Shown piece by piece: positions 17,601 through 27,978 of a stretch of 64,000 nucleotides of DNA. This DNA comes from a virus: the IMG/VR virus record IMGVR_UViG_3300045988_139374, positions 160,001-224,000 of that record; one strand, written 5' to 3'. Position 1 is the first letter of the stretch, and each line of letters starts with the position of its first letter. A program made the position numbers and the translations under genes. A model generated the notes under the pieces. That model did not search any database. It was not told the origin of the DNA and saw only the letters and a list, made by a program, of their open reading frames with translations.

Positions 17601-20600
17601 CAGAGAGAACAGATTGAGCATAGAAACTATAGAAACTGGAAAAAGGCTGGTGGCAAGGGTAAGTTCTTTGGATTCTTTGCTGAAGGCGGTACTGTTGGAG
17701 AAGCGGATAATTCTCCAAATCTAACTGATGAACAGGCTAATATTATTCTTAATGGATTTAAGAATAACAAGCCTACTGTAGATATTGCTAATGAAGCTGG
17801 AATTGATGAAAAAGTCATTCAAGACATGAGAGTTGAGTATGAGAAAGATAAACTCAATGCAAGTCTTGAATCTATGAAAAAGAGTTTCAAGAAATTTGCT
17901 AAAGTAGCATCTAAAGTTGGCAATGCTGTTAAGAATCAAGCAAAGAAAACTTCCGTGTATCAAACTATTGAGCACGGAGTTAAATATGTATATGAAAGAG
18001 CAAAGCAATCTTCTGACTATATTTTTGGCGATTCTGATGTATATAAAAATATCAAGAAAACTGGAAATGAAGTTGTAAAGGCTGCTAAAGCTGATCTTCC
18101 TAAGGTTGCTGCTGGTGGTGCACTGGGTGCACTTGCAGGTGCTGCTCTAACTGGATCTGGATTGGGTCTAGTTGGTGGTATGGCCATTGGTGCTGGTAGC
18201 ATTATTCTTAAGAATTCTGATACTCTATCTGAAGCACTGTTTGGTAAATTTGATGAAAATGATAAGCTAGTTAAGAAGGGAATCTTACCTCCTAAACTTT
18301 CTAAATTCATTACTGATAAACTTCCAGATGCTGCTAAAGCTGGTGCTATTGGTGCAACGCTTGGTACCTTTGGATTAGCTCCTGGAGGTATCATGGGAGG
18401 CTTTGTACTTGGAGCTGGACTTGATCTAGTTTCTAATACAAATGCTTTCCAAAACATTATGTTTGGACCTAAAGGTGCAGATGGAGAAAGACACGGTGGC
18501 ATCGCTGGATCTATCAAGAATAGAGTTGTTGATCCTCTTATTGCATTTACTGAAAATGGAATGGAGAAGATCAAGAATTTCTTTACTACTAATTTTGTAG
18601 ATCCTGTAAAGAGATTTGTTAATCCTCTAATAGACTATGTCAAGGGTAAAGCTAAGAGTATTGTATCAGATTTTATTGATAGTGCTAAAGATATTGTCAA
18701 GCGCACTATCGGTGAAAAGTTTGATATTCTATTTGGACCTCTTGTAAATCTTGCTAAAGGATTAGGTAAGAAAGCCTTTAGACTAGCAAAGGGTGTAGTT
18801 ACTGCTCCTTTTAAAGCTCTTGGTGGTGTTGGTGATGCTCTGCAAAGACACAATATCAATGCAGGCTATACTAGACTATCTGTTGAAGAACGTGAATATT
18901 GGCGCAAAGAGCATAATAAGAATAAATTCTTTGGACTCAGAGGAAAGAAGATTAAAGAATCTGCTCTTGATAAGTGGGAACTCAGCCTTGATGAGAATAA
19001 GAGAGGCGATCTCATTAGAGAAGCAAATGATTATCTTAATTCTCCTACTGAGCTAAAGAATCAGAAGCATAAAGCTCGTCAGGAATTAAGGGATAAGATC
19101 ACTGCTTCTATGCCTAATGCTGGACTTGGTGAAGATCATGCACTAGGTAAAAAACTCAATAGACTGATGAATAGTGAAGACGTTGTAAAAAATAATGACT
19201 ACACTAAAGTCAGAAAATTTGTCGAAGGGCTGAATATCAGTGATGAAGACAAAGAGAAACTTAAGAAGTCTATTATTGATACAACTGCTAAAACAACTAA
19301 AATTACTGATAAGATTGCTAATTTTGATGTCAATAAAGAGCAATTCTTTAGAGAACAAGGTCTAGATATCAATAACATGTCTAGTAAAGAACTCAGAAGA
19401 ATGAGAAATCAGCTAGGTATTGATGTCAAGAATGAAGATGAGAAAGCAAAAGCTAAATCTGAGGATAGACTCAAAGAGCTCAAAGAAAAGGATGAAAAGG
19501 CTAAGAAGCTAGCAGAAGAAAAGCGTATGAATATGATTGGCAATATTGTCGATTATGTTTCCATTATCGCTGGATACGTTGAAACTCTAATGGGTAAGAC
19601 TAAATCTTCTGTTACTGGAAAGCCTTTTGAATCTCCTAGTGAGAATTTTGAGACCTCTCTAATGACTAATGAACAAGCTAAAGCTGAAGAAGCTAAATCT
19701 AGAATTGGTAAAGATACAGCAATAGATGCTGAATTTACTGAAGTTAAAGATGATAAGAAGAAGCCTGAAATTGCTATTAATGCAGATGCTATTGATAGAG
19801 TAGTAAATCTTGCTACAAGAGGAGTATCTGTAGCAATAATTGCTAAACGACTCAGTATTTCTGTAGATAAAGTAAAAGAGATTATTGCTAATAATAGAGC
19901 TGCTATTCTTGCTGCTAAAGCTACTGGACAACTAGATGGAGTTGGAAAGGCTGGCGCATCTGTAAAAGATGGTGGTAAGCTTATTGGGAACAATTCTCAA
20001 GATGATGGCGAACAAGGAATCATTACTAAGATAGATGCAGATGGCAATCCTATGCAATACATGCGTAATGCCAAAGGAGAGCTCGTTCTTAATACTGCCG
20101 ATGCTGCTACCAAAACTGCATCTGAAGAAAAGAAAAAGTCTAATGAACTAAGAGATAGATTCTATGGAATGTGGGTCAATGGAGGAATCCTCGGAAAACT
20201 CAAAGATCTACTATCTCCTAAACAGGAAAAAGAAAAGAAGAAAACTCTACTGGATACTATTAAGGAGAAACTTGCCGATGCTGCAGGCGCAGTTGGCGGA
20301 GCAGTTTCGAATTTCTTAGGATCTAGTATCGGAACTTCTCTTACATCTTTCCTTGGATCTCTAGGTAAAGATATTATCACTAATCTTCCTTCTATTCTAG
20401 GAACTGCTGCTACAGTAGCTGGTGCTGTTTACCTTGGTAAGAATGCTGCTGGTACAAATAACGATTCCGGAATGCGTAAAGGAATGGATCCTGAAGAACG
20501 TAAGAAGGAAGTAGAGAATTCCAGCCTCTTTAATAAATTCACTCTTGGCGTAGATTCTCTAGAAACTAGAATTAGTGGCAAAAAGATGACCACCTATGAT

Positions 20601-23600
20601 CAAGATGATCATGTGAGTGAATTCTTCACTTCTAAGTGGAAAAAGAGAATTGGAAAGAATGCTCTCATGAGCTTTAATCCTGAGACAGCCGCATCTGCTA
20701 CTGCTGCTTCTAAGCTTATTAGTAAGATTCCTATTGTAGGAAAGACTTTTGGTAAACCTCTAGAAGCTGGCGCTAATGCTGCATCCATTGTTGGTAAAGC
20801 AGGAAAGGCTCTAACTGGTAATTTCTCTATCATTGATCCAGATAAGGCATCCACTGCTGATAAGGGTCTAGAACTAGTTTCTAAGATTTCTAGTAAGGCT
20901 CTTGGTTCTGTTAAACAAATTCTAAAACTTATATCTAAGAAGCTTGGAAATTCTGGAGAATGGGTAGATTCTGCTGCTGAGAGTATTTCTACTGCTTTGG
21001 GCAAAGCTGGATCTAAAGTATCTGGAGTGCTATCCAAGCTTACTGGTGTTATCTATATTGCACAAATTGCACTCGCTGTTGAAGATGGCTTTGAAGATGC
21101 AAGAGCTATGAGCATCTTGGGTATCATTGAAAAGCCTTCTCTTGGCGAAAAGTGTCTAGCTGCTGCATGTAATGGTATTAACTATGCTATTCCTGGTATT
21201 GGTGGTATTATTGGTACTTCCACTATCTTTAATATCGTATTTAATGTCCTTTCTAATTTTATTAAGTTTGGTACTCTTGCTACTAAGAGAGCTGAAGCTC
21301 AAGAGACTGTTAAGCAATATAATGAGGAAACTGGTCATACATACAATGTAGAAGAGTACATCTACAATGTATTGAATATGAGCACTACTCAGGATAAGGT
21401 TAAGTCTTGGGCAAAGAATACTGTAAGTTCTGTTAAGAACACTATTACAGATATCAAAGAAGGTAAACTTACTGTTGGACAAGCAGCAGCAAAGGTAGGT
21501 AAAGGTATTGTAAATGCTGGAAAATCTGCTGGACATTGGATTGCCGGTGTTGGTAAATCTGCAGTTAATGCTCTTGATAGTACTAAGATAGGGCACAAAG
21601 TAGTTTCTGGAGTTAAGACAGTTGCTAAAGCTGCTGGAGAGAAAATCTCTAGTGGTGTTGATGTAGTTAAGGATGCTGTATCTGCATTTAATAAAATGCA
21701 AGATAAGCTGAAAGCTACATTTAAGAGCAAGGATACTACATTTGCTGATATGGTAAATACCCATGTTGATATCGATGAAGATAATCCTCTTGCTGGATTT
21801 ACCAAGGGTGTAGGTGAAGTATCTAAGGTTGTTATGATTCCTAGCCTCTACATTGGAGCTATCGGAAGAAAACTATATAATGACGTTTTGAAACCTACTG
21901 GGCAATCTCTATTACAGGCCGGTACTGATACTCTTGAAACTTTGAAGTCTGATGGACAACTTGCACTACAAGGAGATCTGATTGGACTCTGGAAAAATTC
22001 TACTACTGCAAGTCAAGACAACGATATGTGGTTCATTCCTGGAATGGCTAATATCGGAGCTAAGGTTGCACTTACTGGGCCTACTATGATATTCGGAGCT
22101 GCTAAGCAAGCTTGGGGAGTCATTAAGGGTATTGGCAGCGGAATTAAAGCTGCTGCTGATACACTAGGTGCTAGTTATGATGCAGCTAAGGGTTATTGCT
22201 CTAATGGCGATATGGGAGGTCTATGGACCAAGACTGATTCCGATAAGGGTGAAGAAGGTCAAACTGCTCTAGGCTCTATTCTATCTGCAACTTCTGATTC
22301 TGTCATGAAGGTTGCATTGACTATACCTACTGCTGTAAACTGGGTTGGAAAGAAACTCGGTGGACTGTTCAGCAACATAGCAGCTGCAATGCCTGATGTT
22401 GGTGTAATGGTTGATGATCTTTGGTCTTTCACATCTTCTGATAAGAACATGGATGATTTCTCTAAGACTGTTGATTCTTATAAGTCTAAAGACACTGGTG
22501 TATTTAGTCTCATTGGTAATGGCATAACTACTATTATTGGTGGTATTATGCACCTAGCAGTTGGTTTCTTAAAGCCTTTTATTTCTCTTGGAAATAAATT
22601 CTCCAATGTGGTTAATTCCGCTGGAGATTGGGTTAATAGTAAACTTACTAGCTTTAAGAATTGGCTAAATGGAGACGATGATGATTCTGATTCTAAAGAA
22701 GCATCTGGATCTGGCTCTGGAATTCATACTGAGCAAAAGGGTAACTATACTAAGTTTGGCAATAGTACAATTGATGCAGATGGATGTGGTCCTGCTGTAG
22801 CTTCTACTGTTCTTAAAGCTTGGGGTAAGAAGTCCAATATTTACAGTGCTGCAAAGTATGCTGAAAAGATGGGCTATGTAGCTGGAAGTTCTAAGGTAGT
22901 AGATAGAGGTACTAAGGCATCTTACTTTGGAGATATCTTCAGTAAGAATGGAATTAGTACTAGATATACAGATAATCAATCTGATATTAATTCCGCTATT
23001 GCATCTGGTAATCCTACTGTCTTGCTTGGTAAAGATTCTCAGAATACTTCCAAGTCTAATAGTCCGTTTGGACCTAATCCTCATTATGTCGTAGCACGTG
23101 GTGAAGATAATAAGGGAAATGTTATTGTTGATGATCCTGAGCTGAAAGGAACTGCACTTTATAAAAAGAGCATTCTTAAGAATGTTAAACTTGGTGCTGT
23201 TACCGGTGGTGCATCTGGAGCAACTGATATTATTAATACTGGACTAAATGCTGGATTTAATGCTATGGCTAATAATTCTAGTGGACCTATGTCTAGTATT
23301 ATTAAGACAATCTTTAGTGGATTTAGTTCCTCCTCTACTGATGCTTCTGGTGATTCCTATGGAGATAGTAGTGCAGGATATGTTTATTCTGGAGATTCTC
23401 CGTTCCCCATTGTTACATCTAAACCTAGTGCTGGTGATCCTTATATTTCTTATTATAATAACTCCAATCGTGGTGGGCAGAATACTTGTATCAATGGATC
23501 TCCTACAGACCCTGTATGCAATGTCTTGTCTAACTGTGTTGGCTGGGTTTCTGGTCGTTTCAATCATATATATAGCGTACTATCTGGTGATAAGACCATG

Positions 23601-24971
23601 AAGTATAAAGCATTCCATAGCAATGCTGGTGATATGTATGAAAAGGCTGCTTCTTTCGGACTTAAAACTGGTTCTACTCCTCAAGCTGGCGCTATCATGG
23701 TTTGGGGTAAACAAGGTGGAGCTGGTCACGTTGCTATTGTAGAAAAGGTTATATCTAGTGATGAAGTCATGACCTCTGAATCTGGATATAATTCTTATGC
23801 ATTTAGAAACAAGAATCGTAAGAAGGGTAATGGAAATTGGGGATCTAATTCTCCTTATTATTTCAAGGGATTTGTTTATAATCCTGCTGTTCAAGATTAT
23901 TATGCTACTCATTCTACTTCTGGCTCTACTAGTAAGAATGCTAAAACTATCTGGCAGAGACTTAAGACTAAGGGAATGTCTGAAAATGGTATTGCTGGTC
24001 TTATGGGATGCTGGAAGAATGAATCGAATTTTAACCCCATTAATTTGGAGAATAAATTCGAAAAGAAGTATGGTAATGATCAGCAATACACTCAGTACGT
24101 TGATACAAATAATAAATGGCCTGATTCTCCTAATGATCATGTCGGATATGGTTTGGCTCAATGGACAGGTGCAAATGGAAATGCTACTTCTGGTAATCGT
24201 AAGCATAATCTACTTGCATACGCTAAGAGTAAAGGAACATCTGTTGGTGATCTGAATACTCAGGTTGATTTTGCTTATGATGAGGTCAAGAATAATTATC
24301 CTAAGGCTTATAGTGCATTGATGAGTGCTTCTAGTCCTTCGGATGGTGCTGCAGCAGCTCTTGGACTTTATGAAATGCCTGGTTGGGGTGTTGATAGAGC
24401 TAAGAGAGATACTAAGTATTATCCGAAACGTAATCAAGCTGCAAATGAGCTTTACAACTCTCTACATGGAACTGCTACTCTTACCGGTACGATTGGTGGT
24501 TCTGGTAGTGCACTTGATACATTGGATAAAGAGGCTCAAGCAATTGAAGCTTCTAGAAGAAACTCTGTATCTAAGAAACCTATTCCTGTTTCTTATGACT
24601 TTACTAAGTCTAAGAATACAGCAAAGAAATTCTCTATTAAGAAGAAAGCAATTTCTAGAGGTTCTGCATCTGATATACCTGAGAATCAAGACATCAATAC
24701 TTCTTCTATGAGTAATGATGAACTTATGCAGGCTATTATACAGTATCTACAGCAAATTGCTAATAATACTTCCAATAATAATACTCTACCTGCAATTCAA
24801 AGTATCTTGAGTGGAATTATCTCGAATATGGGTAGCCTTGCTCAACTAGCAACTTCTGCTGCTTCTAGTGGTGGAAATCTATCTGATAAAGCTGCTCAAA
24901 TGAAAGATAATATCGAACAAGAACTGAATGCAATGAGATCTAAAATGGAAGCATTAGCATCTACTCCGTAA
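14673..24971 (+). CDS. giant virion protein (3432 aa): tape-measure-like with C-terminal triple cell-wall hydrolase module
   Basis: TAAGGAGG RBS. Gly-zipper hydrophobic segments (GGALGALAGAALTGSGLGLVGGMAIGAG). C39-like Cys peptidase (DADGCGPAVAS...PHYVVARG, ~22720-23150). CHAP/NlpC-P60-like domain (SNCVGWVSGRF...GAGHVAIVEKV, ~23470-23830). Phage tail lysozyme-like domain (GIAGLMGCWKNESNF...YGLAQWTG, ~23935-24430). Confidence 0.8.
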   Translation: MAKSKNKDNNKTGPIAYAKNVVKSAKYIAVETAKGVNPTLTSYIADNASAAKDMYNAAKDYKGTIRKKLEDSIGSKNTDQLGQIKKDIFSDLKSGKFYNPEREAESMNKLAESWGMTSFDFDMDDDFDLDSDNDDDTDSSTTSSKSNDIDVVTGAIHGLGNQISYHQLITGEGIAGKIGGANIKNTRAMMTNNNRLAGMLNNSLSVINTSILDLHKDLVEPLNGHIQNSTSFYQTATSELAKQTSYLETITKLLTDRFAPVATSKGSGIKETPWEAVMGGDLPNLGNWIKHAKNKSMEDSGMDSLAAIMNPEMLETLLGAGMHSPIALAITMALTSKIQNGPTGKALDRTVNIFRDGMMKVAGQIHKASKNDGILGTIASFFDITPHFNPKMNFGNYNKGRVDWTGKDSKALRDVIPTYLANIEALLSGREAKVFNYETGRFTSASNGFNEFKKSRQANIGNASKGMKEELLQEFIDEDKEKYKNDENHIAYTRESRAVRNLSDDYDKMMSLITLNHIDPSKFDSAQSMLTLLRQRGWINDDPTKGFISNKNARAIARLIFKKKSGVGKMNNAIYSGQIANARFVDTINETNPMFAAVANGSGMTNTHKLKSNLNKNSADAVTMALDDHGNNIFFYLQDYYKQIRVMVDSMSASNFNLSTIKNEIISRFNGGFGNTENSTGTSGNRRQPKKRKESSRASRAAAADAGAGGSDSGFRSLYNFNYDVPNNIAPEIITPEMAEASAGASEREAAIEDPEGRMVYNSSTKRYEAPKASSRGSFLKFKENAKDHSILSIIVDKFNDFMDNTLFGNAPAAFKQKIDEEGGLFGYLQSLPNKIATGLQDLPDKIANKTSELWKKFQESDFGKKFMESSKNIISSFFKDTEQYAERKAQGTLKYLFKNTRFDLDKKEKENEEAINGPIALLPQHAESLIPEDANPEGSYRGGLVNKSGMVSVSKGELIVPAKYNPLYNGGLSDKQREQIEHRNYRNWKKAGGKGKFFGFFAEGGTVGEADNSPNLTDEQANIILNGFKNNKPTVDIANEAGIDEKVIQDMRVEYEKDKLNASLESMKKSFKKFAKVASKVGNAVKNQAKKTSVYQTIEHGVKYVYERAKQSSDYIFGDSDVYKNIKKTGNEVVKAAKADLPKVAAGGALGALAGAALTGSGLGLVGGMAIGAGSIILKNSDTLSEALFGKFDENDKLVKKGILPPKLSKFITDKLPDAAKAGAIGATLGTFGLAPGGIMGGFVLGAGLDLVSNTNAFQNIMFGPKGADGERHGGIAGSIKNRVVDPLIAFTENGMEKIKNFFTTNFVDPVKRFVNPLIDYVKGKAKSIVSDFIDSAKDIVKRTIGEKFDILFGPLVNLAKGLGKKAFRLAKGVVTAPFKALGGVGDALQRHNINAGYTRLSVEEREYWRKEHNKNKFFGLRGKKIKESALDKWELSLDENKRGDLIREANDYLNSPTELKNQKHKARQELRDKITASMPNAGLGEDHALGKKLNRLMNSEDVVKNNDYTKVRKFVEGLNISDEDKEKLKKSIIDTTAKTTKITDKIANFDVNKEQFFREQGLDINNMSSKELRRMRNQLGIDVKNEDEKAKAKSEDRLKELKEKDEKAKKLAEEKRMNMIGNIVDYVSIIAGYVETLMGKTKSSVTGKPFESPSENFETSLMTNEQAKAEEAKSRIGKDTAIDAEFTEVKDDKKKPEIAINADAIDRVVNLATRGVSVAIIAKRLSISVDKVKEIIANNRAAILAAKATGQLDGVGKAGASVKDGGKLIGNNSQDDGEQGIITKIDADGNPMQYMRNAKGELVLNTADAATKTASEEKKKSNELRDRFYGMWVNGGILGKLKDLLSPKQEKEKKKTLLDTIKEKLADAAGAVGGAVSNFLGSSIGTSLTSFLGSLGKDIITNLPSILGTAATVAGAVYLGKNAAGTNNDSGMRKGMDPEERKKEVENSSLFNKFTLGVDSLETRISGKKMTTYDQDDHVSEFFTSKWKKRIGKNALMSFNPETAASATAASKLISKIPIVGKTFGKPLEAGANAASIVGKAGKALTGNFSIIDPDKASTADKGLELVSKISSKALGSVKQILKLISKKLGNSGEWVDSAAESISTALGKAGSKVSGVLSKLTGVIYIAQIALAVEDGFEDARAMSILGIIEKPSLGEKCLAAACNGINYAIPGIGGIIGTSTIFNIVFNVLSNFIKFGTLATKRAEAQETVKQYNEETGHTYNVEEYIYNVLNMSTTQDKVKSWAKNTVSSVKNTITDIKEGKLTVGQAAAKVGKGIVNAGKSAGHWIAGVGKSAVNALDSTKIGHKVVSGVKTVAKAAGEKISSGVDVVKDAVSAFNKMQDKLKATFKSKDTTFADMVNTHVDIDEDNPLAGFTKGVGEVSKVVMIPSLYIGAIGRKLYNDVLKPTGQSLLQAGTDTLETLKSDGQLALQGDLIGLWKNSTTASQDNDMWFIPGMANIGAKVALTGPTMIFGAAKQAWGVIKGIGSGIKAAADTLGASYDAAKGYCSNGDMGGLWTKTDSDKGEEGQTALGSILSATSDSVMKVALTIPTAVNWVGKKLGGLFSNIAAAMPDVGVMVDDLWSFTSSDKNMDDFSKTVDSYKSKDTGVFSLIGNGITTIIGGIMHLAVGFLKPFISLGNKFSNVVNSAGDWVNSKLTSFKNWLNGDDDDSDSKEASGSGSGIHTEQKGNYTKFGNSTIDADGCGPAVASTVLKAWGKKSNIYSAAKYAEKMGYVAGSSKVVDRGTKASYFGDIFSKNGISTRYTDNQSDINSAIASGNPTVLLGKDSQNTSKSNSPFGPNPHYVVARGEDNKGNVIVDDPELKGTALYKKSILKNVKLGAVTGGASGATDIINTGLNAGFNAMANNSSGPMSSIIKTIFSGFSSSSTDASGDSYGDSSAGYVYSGDSPFPIVTSKPSAGDPYISYYNNSNRGGQNTCINGSPTDPVCNVLSNCVGWVSGRFNHIYSVLSGDKTMKYKAFHSNAGDMYEKAASFGLKTGSTPQAGAIMVWGKQGGAGHVAIVEKVISSDEVMTSESGYNSYAFRNKNRKKGNGNWGSNSPYYFKGFVYNPAVQDYYATHSTSGSTSKNAKTIWQRLKTKGMSENGIAGLMGCWKNESNFNPINLENKFEKKYGNDQQYTQYVDTNNKWPDSPNDHVGYGLAQWTGANGNATSGNRKHNLLAYAKSKGTSVGDLNTQVDFAYDEVKNNYPKAYSALMSASSPSDGAAAALGLYEMPGWGVDRAKRDTKYYPKRNQAANELYNSLHGTATLTGTIGGSGSALDTLDKEAQAIEASRRNSVSKKPIPVSYDFTKSKNTAKKFSIKKKAISRGSASDIPENQDINTSSMSNDELMQAIIQYLQQIANNTSNNNTLPAIQSILSGIISNMGSLAQLATSAASSGGNLSDKAAQMKDNIEQELNAMRSKMEALASTP

Positions 24972-24980
24972 ATATTTAAT

Positions 24981-25015
24981 GGGAGTTGGGTGTAATAGCC
25001 CAACTCCCTATTAAT
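24981..25015 (+). terminator. hairpin terminator
   Basis: GGGAGTTGGG 24981-24990 pairs with CCCAACTCCC 24999-25008; weak T-run. Confidence 0.5.
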
Positions 25016-25041
25016 ATTTTATCTGAAAGGAGAATAATATT

Positions 25042-26550
25042 ATGGCAGTCGTAAGCACAGTTGGTGGAACACTAGAAGTGCCTGAATTCACAGAAGATGA
25101 AAGGGCTGGAATGTCGGCTAATGAACTTACAGAAACTGAAAAGTTTCTTGGAGATATTCAGAAAACTACCCAACAACCTAATTTCCATTCTATGTCTACT
25201 AATATTGCTGGTATATTTGGAATGCCTTACCAGTTTTCTGATTATGTAGATCCTTGTATTAAGCTAAATGGAAAAGATACTCATATTGGACGTAAGTTTA
25301 ATGAAAAAATATTTTCCATTATGCCTATTCTATTTTTGACTCCTGGTGAACCTAAATTTATGGCTGACTATGGAAATAAAAAATATAAAGCTGTAAAGCA
25401 ACAGACAGCTGCTAGACTTGCTGGTATGCTAGATGATCCTGGTGATGATGAGTCTAATGAATATGATGAAGGAAGATATTATTCTTTTGAATCCAACTTT
25501 CAAGAATATAAAAAGTATGCTAATGTTTCTTTAAGAGCACTAGCTCTATATATGGGAATTGATAAAGTCAGAATACCTGTTCCTGGTGGAAATAAAACTG
25601 TTAAATTAGGAAAGCTTAATATAGAAGATTTTCTTAATAGTAGTTTTGCAAAACTATTTGGGTCTCAAGTAACAGTTCCTTTTTTCCTTGATGCAGAAAC
25701 TGCTATAAGTGAATCATTCTCTAATGGAACTACTGAATCTGCACTTTCTCAAACTGTAAATCAATTTTCTCAGAATGCTAGAGAAATTCAATTTATTATG
25801 GGATCTAAAGACTTTGGTGGATTAATGGGAAATGTTCAAGATGCAGTTACTGATGTTTCTCAAGCAGTTACTGGAGCAATGTCTGGCATTAGTGATGCTC
25901 TTATGGGAAAAAATATGATTAGTAGGGTTGCTGGAGAATTGACTACTATTGTTACTGGTGGTAAGATCGTTTTCCCTGAGATCTGGTCAGATTCTGATTA
26001 TGATAGATCTTATGATATTAATATTAAACTCAGATCTCCTGACCCTGATCCTGTAAGTATATTCCTTAATGTTTATATGCCTATAGTTCTTTTGGTCTCT
26101 ATGACAGCTCCTAGACAGATTGGAAATAGCTCTAATTCTTATGAAGCACCTTTCATTGTAAGAGCGACTTATAAATCTATCTTTAGCTGTGATATGGGAA
26201 TTATTACTAGCCTATCTATTAATAAAGGTGGATCTGGTAACTGGAACTCTATGGGTATGCCTACATCTGCAGATGTCACTATTAGTCTAAAAGATCTTTA
26301 TGGATCTATGCAAATTTCTAAGAGAATGGGTCTATTGACAAATACTGCTCAGATGGATTATCTTGCTACAATGGCTGGTGTAGACCTTAATGAATTTGAG
26401 CCTACACGACAAATTAGACTTGCATCTCAAATCATTGGTAATACATTTAATGATTGGGGTGATTATGCATGGGGTGGTATTAAAGCAACAGCAAATAAAG
26501 CTGGTGGTAAAATATTCTCTAGATTTACAGACACAAGATATTTGACATAA
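25042..26550 (+). CDS. hypothetical virion/tail-associated protein
   Basis: 502-aa ORF with GAAAGGAG RBS, immediately downstream of the tape-measure-like gene. Confidence 0.6.
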   Translation: MAVVSTVGGTLEVPEFTEDERAGMSANELTETEKFLGDIQKTTQQPNFHSMSTNIAGIFGMPYQFSDYVDPCIKLNGKDTHIGRKFNEKIFSIMPILFLTPGEPKFMADYGNKKYKAVKQQTAARLAGMLDDPGDDESNEYDEGRYYSFESNFQEYKKYANVSLRALALYMGIDKVRIPVPGGNKTVKLGKLNIEDFLNSSFAKLFGSQVTVPFFLDAETAISESFSNGTTESALSQTVNQFSQNAREIQFIMGSKDFGGLMGNVQDAVTDVSQAVTGAMSGISDALMGKNMISRVAGELTTIVTGGKIVFPEIWSDSDYDRSYDINIKLRSPDPDPVSIFLNVYMPIVLLVSMTAPRQIGNSSNSYEAPFIVRATYKSIFSCDMGIITSLSINKGGSGNWNSMGMPTSADVTISLKDLYGSMQISKRMGLLTNTAQMDYLATMAGVDLNEFEPTRQIRLASQIIGNTFNDWGDYAWGGIKATANKAGGKIFSRFTDTRYLT

Positions 26551-26557
26551 ATAATGT

Positions 26558-26590
26558 CCAGAAGGTATTTAATACCTTCTGGATTTTTAA
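26558..26590 (+). terminator. rho-independent terminator
   Basis: CCAGAAGGTATT/AATACCTTCTGG palindrome followed by T-run. Confidence 0.65.
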
Positions 26591-26697
26591 TTTAATATTG
26601 GAAATAAATGGATATTATAAAAATGAATATAAAGGAGGATATTCAAATAAATATGAATAATTCGTTTTAGATCAATTATATAATAAAGGAGTTGCAT

Positions 26698-27438
26698 ATG
26701 GATTATAATAGACCTGGTAAGCATAATCTTGAAGATTTATATTATTCACTTGATGTTTATTGCTCTGATAATTTTTATCTATTTGATAATGTACCAAGTG
26801 TAATAAGAGTATATGGAATGGAGGGATTTGTAGATCCGCATATTCATATTTGCACAGATGGTCGTCCAGATATATGTATTAAGCTTTATACAAATGAATA
26901 TTTTGGAAGGCCAACTACTATTTTAAATACAAATCAATGTAGTATCTTAAATGAGTTTATTAATAGCCATTGGGATGAATTAATAGATGCATGGGATTCT
27001 AGTGATGGAAATATTGTATATTCTAAATGGGAAAGTGTTAATACTTGTCCAAATTATCTATATATAGAATTGGATAAAAAGTTTAGTATTTTCATTTCTG
27101 ATACAATTGATTTGCCATTTGGAATTGGGCATTTTAGCATTATTAATTCTAACCTTGATGGAATCTGTGTATCTATTGATGTTTCTGGATATAATACAAT
27201 TTATATCGGTTTGATATCTAGAATTGCTATTATCAAGGATAATAAAATTGATAAATCATTTAGAAGTGAGATTTATGATGCAATTAATAATAAAATTAGG
27301 TGGAGAGCTCCAATAAGTAATCCATATCTATATTTGTATCAATATCTTATAATGCATTCAATGCATATTGGTATGAATGTAGGAAATGATTATCAAAAAT
27401 ATTATTACGATAATAAAAAGATTAAAATTATATATTAA
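26698..27438 (+). CDS. hypothetical protein, possible DUF4160-like N-terminus (paralog of 27453..27920)
   Basis: ATG at 26698 follows AAAGGAG; VDPHIHICTDGRPDICIKLYTNEYFG parallels NIPHFHVERSNKSHDCAIMIMDNQYFSHG in the next gene. Confidence 0.5.
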   Translation: MDYNRPGKHNLEDLYYSLDVYCSDNFYLFDNVPSVIRVYGMEGFVDPHIHICTDGRPDICIKLYTNEYFGRPTTILNTNQCSILNEFINSHWDELIDAWDSSDGNIVYSKWESVNTCPNYLYIELDKKFSIFISDTIDLPFGIGHFSIINSNLDGICVSIDVSGYNTIYIGLISRIAIIKDNKIDKSFRSEIYDAINNKIRWRAPISNPYLYLYQYLIMHSMHIGMNVGNDYQKYYYDNKKIKIIY

Positions 27439-27452
27439 GGAGAATTTTTATC

Positions 27453-27920
27453 ATGGCTATATTTACTGAAGATTATTGTAATGAGTATCTAAATAATAAA
27501 CCTGTTGTAATTGGTACGATTAGAATTCCGATTGAAGAAGCTATTACTGAAGATAAAATAAACAATCCTAAGAAATTCTCTCCATTGGAATCTTTACCTG
27601 GATATGATGATCTAGTGATTAAGGTTTGGCCAAATGATGATGGAAATATTCCTCATTTCCATGTAGAAAGATCTAATAAGTCTCATGATTGCGCAATAAT
27701 GATCATGGATAATCAATACTTTTCTCATGGAATTCATGATGCTGAACTTTCAGGAAAAGGTCCCAAAATTTTAAATAAATGGCTGATGCAAGTTAGGAAT
27801 GGAAAGACTCCATGGGATGCAATTAAAGAGGCATGGCAAAAGTCTAATGCAAGAAATGGTAAAGTTCCTGATGATTGGCCTCAGCCCGATTATTCTTATA
27901 TTAAGCCTTATAAGGGCTAA
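27453..27920 (+). CDS. hypothetical protein, DUF4160-like (PHFH motif)
   Basis: 155-aa ORF, AAGGAG RBS, NIPHFHVE motif. Confidence 0.5.
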   Translation: MAIFTEDYCNEYLNNKPVVIGTIRIPIEEAITEDKINNPKKFSPLESLPGYDDLVIKVWPNDDGNIPHFHVERSNKSHDCAIMIMDNQYFSHGIHDAELSGKGPKILNKWLMQVRNGKTPWDAIKEAWQKSNARNGKVPDDWPQPDYSYIKPYKG

Positions 27921-27930
27921 ATAATGTACA

Positions 27931-27978
27931 GGAGGAGTAGGATACTAATATCCTTACTCCTCTTTATTTTTTTTTATT
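27931..27978 (+). terminator. rho-independent terminator
   Basis: GGAGGAGTAGGATA pairs with TATCCTTACTCCTC, followed by a long T-run. Confidence 0.7.

Noticed and set aside
15057-24689. Dozens of 60-208 aa track ORFs inside or antisense to the 3432-aa gene (e.g. 18017..18574, 23580..24206, 21156..21764).
   Set aside because: All are nested in one continuous, RBS-led ORF with recognisable domains. Their compositions (P/A/S-rich or I/L/S-rich) mirror the sense-strand codons, and none has an RBS.
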